Source: Candidatus Bathyarchaeota archaeon
GTDB taxonomy: Archaea; Thermoproteota; Bathyarchaeia; Bathyarchaeales; Bathycorpusculaceae
DNA: 64,000 nt
Assembly: GCA_013388895.1 (NCBI GenBank)
Contig: JACAEK010000052.1
Location: 6,684 to 70,683, forward strand
Direction of reading: 5' to 3'
The notes beneath the pieces are model-generated. The model was not told the DNA's origin. It saw nothing but the letters and a program-made list of their open reading frames with translations, and did not search any database. Positions 58,371-64,000 of this stretch are shown in pieces. The translations under genes and the position numbers were made by a program. The stretch's first letter is position 1. The number at the start of each line of letters is the position of its first letter.

Positions 58371-58448
58371 TTACTTGTACCGTTTGCGCCTTTTTTGGCG
58401 TTTCCTTTTTTCTCGGCGCATGCGTTTCTTTTTCCATTTTGCACGCAT
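58371..58448 (-). CDS. rpl41e: 50S ribosomal protein eL41
   Basis: A 25-codon ORF that is not in the ORF track. It translates to MRAKWKKKRMRREKRKRQKRRKRYK, the eL41 signature. It lies 27 nt downstream of hxlB. Confidence 0.8.
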   Translation of the reverse strand: MRAKWKKKRMRREKRKRQKRRKRYK

Positions 58449-58475
58449 TTTTTGTTTTCACTCCGTGTTGTTGTT

Positions 58476-59075
58476 TTATTCTATTGTTGCATGTCTTCGT
58501 TTTAAATCTGCTTCTGTTCGTCCCATTCTATGCATTAGCTCTACAACTAGGCAATCCAGAAAAACCATACTGTTGTTTTCGAAGACGCTTCCTAACGGCG
58601 TTAATGGTTCGCGTTCACCAATAATTTGCCTGGCTAAGTAATCTTCTTCTTTCGGCCAGCCTGTTTTTGTTCTTCCTTTAATCGTTACTGTAAGGTCAGC
58701 CATCTGTCCTAGAGGCGATTCTGAAAAGGACGTTAAGGCAATGACAGTTGCACCTATCTCCTTTGCCGCTGTGCTCGCTGTTAAGACCATTTTTGTGGCT
58801 CCTGTTCCAGAAATAGCGATTAATATGTCTCCTTTTTCTGCGGCTGGCGTGATGGTTTCGCCTAAGAAGTAGACATTGAAACCTAGATTCATTAGGCGTA
58901 ATGCGAAGGCTCTGGCAACGAATCCGCTTCTTCCCATGCCTACAATGAAGATTTTTTTGTCTTTTGCATCGAGCAATAGCTGGATTAACCGTTCAACTTC
59001 TTTCATGTTGAGTTCTTCGAAACAGTTTTTGATACCGGCGATTATTTCCTCTGCCGCAGCCTTCAGCCATTTCAA
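58476..59075 (-). CDS. hxlB: 6-phospho-3-hexuloisomerase (SIS domain)
   Basis: Sequence IFIVGMGRSGFVARAFALRLMNLGF...ISGTGAT. Confidence 0.75.
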   Translation of the reverse strand: MKWLKAAAEEIIAGIKNCFEELNMKEVERLIQLLLDAKDKKIFIVGMGRSGFVARAFALRLMNLGFNVYFLGETITPAAEKGDILIAISGTGATKMVLTASTAAKEIGATVIALTSFSESPLGQMADLTVTIKGRTKTGWPKEEDYLARQIIGEREPLTPLGSVFENNSMVFLDCLVVELMHRMGRTEADLKRRHATIE

Positions 59076-59132
59076 TTTTTCCTAACTCCCGAAAACCCAT
59101 TACACATGCGACTGAATTAAAAGTCTTGCGGT

Positions 59133-59927
59133 TTAAGCCAAGTCTATCAAAAGTTCATTTAGTGATGGAATTGCAACGTAAAGTCGAACATAAACTGCTA
59201 TTGCAATGATTCCAAATGTTATGGCTATTAGGATAAAGTCGCTTCGATGCAGTTTTAGCACGTATAGGTTTGTGCGTTTTTTGGTGGCTCCCCATGCACG
59301 TGATTCCATTGCTTCAGCTAGCTCCAAGCTTCTTCGAATTGCACTTACTATTAAGGGTATGAGAATTGGGATGTAGTTTCTAATTCTTTTGAGAAAGTTT
59401 CCTCGTTCAAGCTCTAAGCCTCTTGCTTTTTGGGCGTCCATTATTGTCTGTGCTTCTTCTGCTAAAACTGGGACAAAGCGCACTGCGGTTGTGAAGGCGA
59501 AGCAAAACTCGTATGGTATGTGTGTCTGTTCTAAGGCTAAGCCTAAATGGTCCGGTGAGGTTGTTATGAAGAAGATGGAAAAGGATTCAACAAGCACTAC
59601 GAAGCGCAACGTCATGGCAATCGCGTTTTCAAGATTCTTTGCTGTGACGATGTAGCCTGCGCCGATGAATGAGAAAATGAAGTTTGTTAAGAAAATTATC
59701 GTGGCTAAGAAGGCGGCTCCTCGCATGGAACGAAGCCATTGGCGCCTGACGCCAGCCAAGAAAACGAATGGTAGCTGCAGAAGAAAAAGCGTTATCAAGG
59801 GCAAAAGTTCCCAGAAAACAATTGCTACGCCGAAGATTGCGCAGACGTAAACAAATTTTATTCTTGGGTCTAAATTGTGAATGGGTGAATAGACTTTGCG
59901 GAATTTGAGTCCTTCAAAAACGCTCAT
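59133..59927 (-). CDS. ecfT: ECF transporter transmembrane component EcfT (CbiQ family)
   Basis: Multi-TM protein with the conserved ARGxE-type coupling motif (QKARGLELERG). Confidence 0.85.
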   Translation of the reverse strand: MSVFEGLKFRKVYSPIHNLDPRIKFVYVCAIFGVAIVFWELLPLITLFLLQLPFVFLAGVRRQWLRSMRGAAFLATIIFLTNFIFSFIGAGYIVTAKNLENAIAMTLRFVVLVESFSIFFITTSPDHLGLALEQTHIPYEFCFAFTTAVRFVPVLAEEAQTIMDAQKARGLELERGNFLKRIRNYIPILIPLIVSAIRRSLELAEAMESRAWGATKKRTNLYVLKLHRSDFILIAITFGIIAIAVYVRLYVAIPSLNELLIDLA

Positions 59928-60748
59928 TTCGCTTTTTTCTCCAAAGTTTTGAGCAGTATTTGATGGGCTTCGTATACGTCGATGATGTTTTTGGGTAACC
60001 CGAAATCGGAGAGTTGGAGGAAGATTTGGGCTATTTGTGGTGGAACAATGGATGCTTGGGTTAGGACTTCTGGGTTGGTGAGAACCTTTCTTGCTTCGCC
60101 GTCAATTGTGACTTTTCCTTCTCGCATTAGCAAAACTCTTGGGTTGCATTCTGCCACAAACTCCACGTCGTGTGTTACGATGATTACTGTTTTTCGTTGG
60201 GCTTTCATCTGCAGAATAAATTGTCGAAGTTTCTCTTTCTGCTGATAATCCTGTCCTATGGTAGGTTCGTCCAATATCAGTATTTTTGGATTCCAAGCCA
60301 ACACTGAGGCGAGGGCTACACGTTTTCTTTCTCCACCGCTTAGCATAAATGGCGAAGTTTTCCTGTACTGCGCTAAGCCTAACAGGTTTAGTGCCCATGT
60401 TATTCGTCTTTTTACGATGGTGTCCTTGAATCCGAAGTTTTTTAGTGCAAAGGCTATTTCGTCTTCGACGGTTTCGCTGAAAAGTTGGTGGTCCGGGTTT
60501 TGAAAGACAAAGCCTACGTTTCTGGCTAGGCTTGCCACGCTCACTTTTGTTGTTTCAACTCCGTCGATAAGCACTTTTCCTTTCGACGGCTTCAATAACC
60601 CATTGAAATGTTTGACGAGAGTTGTTTTTCCAGCGCCATTTTGTCCCATCACCGCCACAAATTCGCCATTCTGGATGGTCAACTGTATGCCTTTCAGAGC
60701 TTCTACGCCGCTTGGATAGGTGAAATAAACGTCTTGAACTTCAATCAT
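59924..60748 (-). CDS. ecfA2: ECF transporter ATPase EcfA2
   Basis: ABC motifs GQNGAGKTT, LSGGERKR and LILDEPT. Confidence 0.85.
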   Translation of the reverse strand: MIEVQDVYFTYPSGVEALKGIQLTIQNGEFVAVMGQNGAGKTTLVKHFNGLLKPSKGKVLIDGVETTKVSVASLARNVGFVFQNPDHQLFSETVEDEIAFALKNFGFKDTIVKRRITWALNLLGLAQYRKTSPFMLSGGERKRVALASVLAWNPKILILDEPTIGQDYQQKEKLRQFILQMKAQRKTVIIVTHDVEFVAECNPRVLLMREGKVTIDGEARKVLTNPEVLTQASIVPPQIAQIFLQLSDFGLPKNIIDVYEAHQILLKTLEKKAK

Positions 60749-61596
60749 CTGTCTTCAAACGCCTCCTTTAGTAAGGTTGCCATTTCATCTGAAGACAGTG
60801 GAATAGTGTTGGCTAGTTTTGCTCCGTCTTTTTTTAAAATATGATAGAGATGTGTTGCTTTTGGTATGCCGACGCCGATTAAGCGTGTTTCCTCGGAGCT
60901 TAAGATTCGATGTGGTTCGCCGTCTAAAACGATTTTTCCATCATCCATTATGATTATGTGGCTTGCATATTTTGCTGTTAAATCAAGCCTATGTTCAACA
61001 AGAATAATGGTTAATCCAAGTTTTTTGTTTAAGTCGTAAATTACTTCAAAAATCTTCTTTGCACCTAACGGGTCGAGAAAAGAGGTAGGTTCGTCAAGCA
61101 CTATCACTTCTGGTTGCATGGCTAAAACAGACGCAATTGCGGCGCGCTGTTGCTGACCACCTGAAAGCTCGTGAGGTGCTCTTTCTCTCAAATCATATAT
61201 GCCCGCAAGTTGCAATGCCCAATCTACTCTTTTGCGCATTTCTTCTCTTGGAACTCCAAGATTTTCCAGTCCAAATGCTACATCTTTCTCTACGGATAAA
61301 GCGAAAAGCTGATTCTCGGGATTCTGAAAGACAAGCCCCACATGTCTCGCTAATTCTTGAATTGCTTGTTCAGCAACATTAAGCCTTCCAACAGATATTT
61401 CGCCTCTAAGCTCGCCTTGATAGAAATGTGGAATTAACCCATTGAAACATCTGCAGAGTGTTGTTTTTCCGCATCCGCTTGGGCCTGTGATTAGTGTGAA
61501 TTCGCCTTTTTCTATTTTTATGGAAACATCTCTAATTGACGGCTTCGTGCTGCCTGGATACGTGTATGTGAGGTCTTTTGTTTCGATGATTGCCAT
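60745..61596 (-). CDS. ecfA1: ECF transporter ATPase EcfA1
   Basis: ABC motifs GPSGCGKTT, LSGGQQQR and IVLDEPT. Confidence 0.85.
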   Translation of the reverse strand: MAIIETKDLTYTYPGSTKPSIRDVSIKIEKGEFTLITGPSGCGKTTLCRCFNGLIPHFYQGELRGEISVGRLNVAEQAIQELARHVGLVFQNPENQLFALSVEKDVAFGLENLGVPREEMRKRVDWALQLAGIYDLRERAPHELSGGQQQRAAIASVLAMQPEVIVLDEPTSFLDPLGAKKIFEVIYDLNKKLGLTIILVEHRLDLTAKYASHIIIMDDGKIVLDGEPHRILSSEETRLIGVGIPKATHLYHILKKDGAKLANTIPLSSDEMATLLKEAFEDR

Positions 61597-61655
61597 TCTG
61601 CTGCTTTCCTATCAGTCTTAAGCGAACCGTTGTCTCATTTAAGAGTAACTACCTA

Positions 61656-62666
61656 CTATTGATTAACTAGTTTTTCTTTCAAAAGCCGTAAACACCGTTT
61701 CAACCCGGCTTTAATTTCTCCAGCGCCATTTACTCCTGCGGCTGTGGCATGTCCACCACCCATACCATGCAGATATTCGCCTAAAGGCTTAGCAATGTCT
61801 TTGCCCAAGTGTACTTCAGTTTTTTCGTAAAATTCTCGTGTGCATCGAAGGCTTATCTCCATTTTCTCATTCTTTCGTCCAGCTACAACAGCCACATGAG
61901 CGCCCAAATCAATCATGGCTCTTGCAGCTGAGGCTTGAAAGGCGCTGACGTGAGAAAATGCAATTATCCAATCGTTAATCTTGAAGACTTTGGCTCTTCT
62001 ACAAGCCTTCAACCTTGCAACTCGTTCTGAAAAATCCATAGGTAAAGAAAGCATCGACAAAGTTTCTTGTGCGTTCACGCCAGCATCAATAAGCTCTGCA
62101 ACAGTCTTTAATGTCGACGAATTTGCCAAAACAAAATGGCGTGTGTCAAATGCTATGCCCAAAAATAGGGCTTTAGCCTCATTTTCATTCGGTTTGACTC
62201 CTGTTTCTTTATAAAAGTTGTAGATAATCTCGCACGTTGATGATGATTCCTCATTGGTTATGCAAAGTTTTGCTATTTGCTCTGTTTCTGGATGGGCTGC
62301 ATGATGGTCAATTACCATTATTGGCACTTTCGAATCTTTCACTTTTTCAGCCAAGTTGTCCAATTGCTGAATCGTGTTAGTATCAAGCAGCACCACCACA
62401 TCTGCTTTCTCTATGTTTGGCTGCGTTTTCACTGTAATTGGCAAAAACGTCAGGAGATGCCTTGAAAGCCTGCTTATTCCATGAGCCGCTCCAATTTCAA
62501 CCTCAAAATTCGGTCTTAACTGTTTAAGTAGGCTCGCGAAAGCATAGGCTGAACATATCGCATCTGGGTCAGCATTGTGATGGCATAACAGGACAACTAC
62601 TTTCGCACCTATCTCGTCCAGTATTTTCGTTATTTCTTCGAATGACATTTGAATTCCCTCAGACAT
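61656..62666 (-). CDS. DHH/DHHA1 phosphoesterase (NrnA / small RecJ-like)
   Basis: Motifs CHHNADPDAICSA, VIDHH and GGGHATAAG. Confidence 0.8.
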   Translation of the reverse strand: MSEGIQMSFEEITKILDEIGAKVVVLLCHHNADPDAICSAYAFASLLKQLRPNFEVEIGAAHGISRLSRHLLTFLPITVKTQPNIEKADVVVLLDTNTIQQLDNLAEKVKDSKVPIMVIDHHAAHPETEQIAKLCITNEESSSTCEIIYNFYKETGVKPNENEAKALFLGIAFDTRHFVLANSSTLKTVAELIDAGVNAQETLSMLSLPMDFSERVARLKACRRAKVFKINDWIIAFSHVSAFQASAARAMIDLGAHVAVVAGRKNEKMEISLRCTREFYEKTEVHLGKDIAKPLGEYLHGMGGGHATAAGVNGAGEIKAGLKRCLRLLKEKLVNQ

Positions 62667-62944
62667 GCTTCCGCAGATTTAAAAGCCTCTTTAATGGCGT
62701 CATCAACGAGCTTTTGTGCGTCAAAGCCTTTCAGCAACGGCGATAGGGCAATATCTATATCAATTCTTAGCGTAACAGGATTTGTGCCTTCCGCTTCGAC
62801 GGCTATGTTGAATTTCTCTATTCTTTTTGAAGCTACTTTCGATAAAACATATCGTCTGGCGGTTTCCTCGGCGAGTTTGCATACTTCTTCAGTTTGCTCA
62901 CTTGTTAAGTCTGGTAAACCCAACTCTTCCAAAACTTCCACCAT
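62630..62944 (-). CDS. Small acidic conserved hypothetical protein
   Basis: 104 aa between pfdB and the DHH gene. From memory it resembles the DUF3194-type proteins found next to prefoldin beta in archaea (unverified). Confidence 0.45.
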   Translation of the reverse strand: MVEVLEELGLPDLTSEQTEEVCKLAEETARRYVLSKVASKRIEKFNIAVEAEGTNPVTLRIDIDIALSPLLKGFDAQKLVDDAIKEAFKSAEACLREFKCHSKK

Positions 62945-62958
62945 GATAGGTTCCGTGG

Positions 62959-63312
62959 CTATGATGGCGAAACTGGGTTCAAGTCTTGTTGGAGCTTAGT
63001 CTGCAAATCCTTCATTTGGGTGCGCAAACGTTCTTCTTGTTTTCCTAAGACCGTTGCACGTGTGTTCAGCAGTTCTTTTCGCTCGTTTAAGTCAGTTGTT
63101 ACTTTTGCTTTCTCTGTTTTTACGAGAAGTGTGCCTATGCTCTTGTAAATGGTTGTGTCGTCAGCTGTCTTCTGCATTTCGCTTAAAGCTTGTTCGACCT
63201 CCATGAGCTCCAGTTCCACTTGTTGTTTTTGCGCTAGGACCGTTTGAAGTGTTTGCTGAAGCTGCTGATATCTCAATAAGCGTTCTTGAACTTGCGGTGG
63301 AAGTTTCGACAT
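62959..63312 (-). CDS. pfdB: Prefoldin subunit beta
   Basis: Coiled coil-beta hairpin-coiled coil: LPPQVQERLLRYQQLQQ ... IYKSIGTLLVK ... LQTKLQ. ATG 63312 is preferred; ATG 63357 is the alternative. Confidence 0.8.
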   Translation of the reverse strand: MSKLPPQVQERLLRYQQLQQTLQTVLAQKQQVELELMEVEQALSEMQKTADDTTIYKSIGTLLVKTEKAKVTTDLNERKELLNTRATVLGKQEERLRTQMKDLQTKLQQDLNPVSPS

Positions 63313-63407
63313 TTCTTCAGTCAATTTTATCCTTCCATTCTGCACAGCAATAAGCACAGCTATTAATTAAGTATTTTTCTCCATAATGGAACATGTTCAA
63401 AGCCACA

Positions 63408-63433
63408 ATTCAGCATATATATAAGGGAGGGGG
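63408..63433 (-). promoter_or_regulatory. C-tract + TATA motif (copy C), probable pfdB operon promoter
   Basis: The minus strand reads GCTAGCCCCCTCCCTTATATATATGCTGAATT, upstream of pfdB. Confidence 0.45.
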
Positions 63434-63573
63434 CTAGCACCCTCACAGAGCCATTCACACTCACCGAGGTTGAGGAAACAGTTTTGATTTTTTGGGAGTT
63501 GATACATTGCTGTATCAATGCTAAAATGTTAAGTATGGCATTTAATGCGTTTATATATGTGGAGGTTGTTTAT

Positions 63574-64000
63574 ATGCAGCGTGCTGCTGTGATGGAATGG
63601 TTCAAGCACAATTCTGCTAAAGTGTTTTTGCTTATTTTGATACTTATGGCCGCTTCTGTTGCAGCTGTCTTCACTTATTTCGGATTCTTTTCGCCCAATA
63701 CAGCTCCATACGCATCAGTTGAGTCTTATCCTTTGAAAGCGTCAATTGAGCTTAATAAGTCGAAGTTTGCAGTCGGTGAGCCAGTTGCGATACTGTGCAA
63801 ATTCGAAAACATCAGCAACGAGACAATCACAGTTATCTTCCCATCAGGATGGCAGATATATGATCCTAGAGATCCTCCACAAAACAATTACAAACCGGTT
63901 TATTTTACGTTCATCGTCACAGATGCGAATTGCACTGTGGTCTACAGATGGGGTTTGAACACAGGATCATCAGGGTCGTTAGTGTTTTGTACGATGGATC
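63574..64000 (+). CDS. Membrane-anchored extracellular protein, 5' partial (runs off window)
   Basis: An ORF open to the window end and missing from the track. ATG 63574 sits 8 nt after GGAGG. The N-terminal TM is VFLLILILMAASVAAVF. Confidence 0.5.
   Translation, partial: MQRAAVMEWFKHNSAKVFLLILILMAASVAAVFTYFGFFSPNTAPYASVESYPLKASIELNKSKFAVGEPVAILCKFENISNETITVIFPSGWQIYDPRDPPQNNYKPVYFTFIVTDANCTVVYRWGLNTGSSGSLVFCTMD

Noticed and set aside
58268-58641. 118-aa and 93-aa plus-strand ORFs
   Set aside because: They are antisense to rpl41e and hxlB. Their Phe/Cys/Leu-rich sequences mirror the Lys/Arg codons of eL41.
63746-63958. 70-aa plus-strand track ORF
   Set aside because: It is out of frame with the longer open ORF that starts at 63574 and runs off the window. 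That longer ORF has an SD and a signal-anchor.
1-64000. Search by eye for tRNA, rRNA, CRISPR repeats, transposases, integrases and toxin-antitoxin pairs
   Set aside because: I found no T-arm GGTTCRAATCC-type signatures, no regularly spaced direct repeats and no recombinase motifs. The window looks like core chromosome apart from the pilus locus.

Overview
Archaeal chromosomal segment, moderately AT-rich by eye and about 90% coding, with roughly 70 genes. I found no rRNA, tRNA, CRISPR array, transposase or integrase. Most genes are housekeeping. They include a concentration of t6A/KEOPS genes (Pcc1, Bud32, Kae1, Cgi121, Sua5), a RecJ/GAN-like nuclease, ribosomal uS15 and an unlisted 25-aa eL41 micro-gene. 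Also present are proteasome beta, prefoldin beta, family-B DNA polymerase, type IA topoisomerase, RadB, a Clp1-like kinase and a catalytic-core-only ThrRS. Metabolic and envelope genes include NAD genes (nadC, nadM), histidine utilisation (ftcD-hutI-hutU), N-glycosylation (aglB plus a GT4 transferase), CDP-archaeol synthase, a UbiD decarboxylase, tandem MoeA, agmatinase, GcvT, an ECF energizing module and a distal QueT-like S component. Accessory-looking content: (1) a tightly overlapping five-gene archaeal type IV pilus-like operon: ATPase, a split TadB/TadC-like platform, a small pilin, and an 822-aa pilin-signal protein with three internal repeats. A multi-zinc-ribbon/nuclease-fold protein lies convergent to it. 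(2) A GC-rich structured leader upstream of queT, which is a riboswitch candidate. (3) A C-tract + TATA + GATTGAA motif present three times. (4) Three decayed genes: one with an amber codon and two with multiple frameshifts. (5) A small ORF coupled to UbiD that resembles eukaryotic proteasome chaperone PAC3. Separate Kae1/Bud32, a TFE-beta-like protein, ThrRS-cat, AglB and CarS suggest a TACK-type archaeon (Bathyarchaeia-like is a guess). All calls rest on motif recognition by eye; no searches were run.
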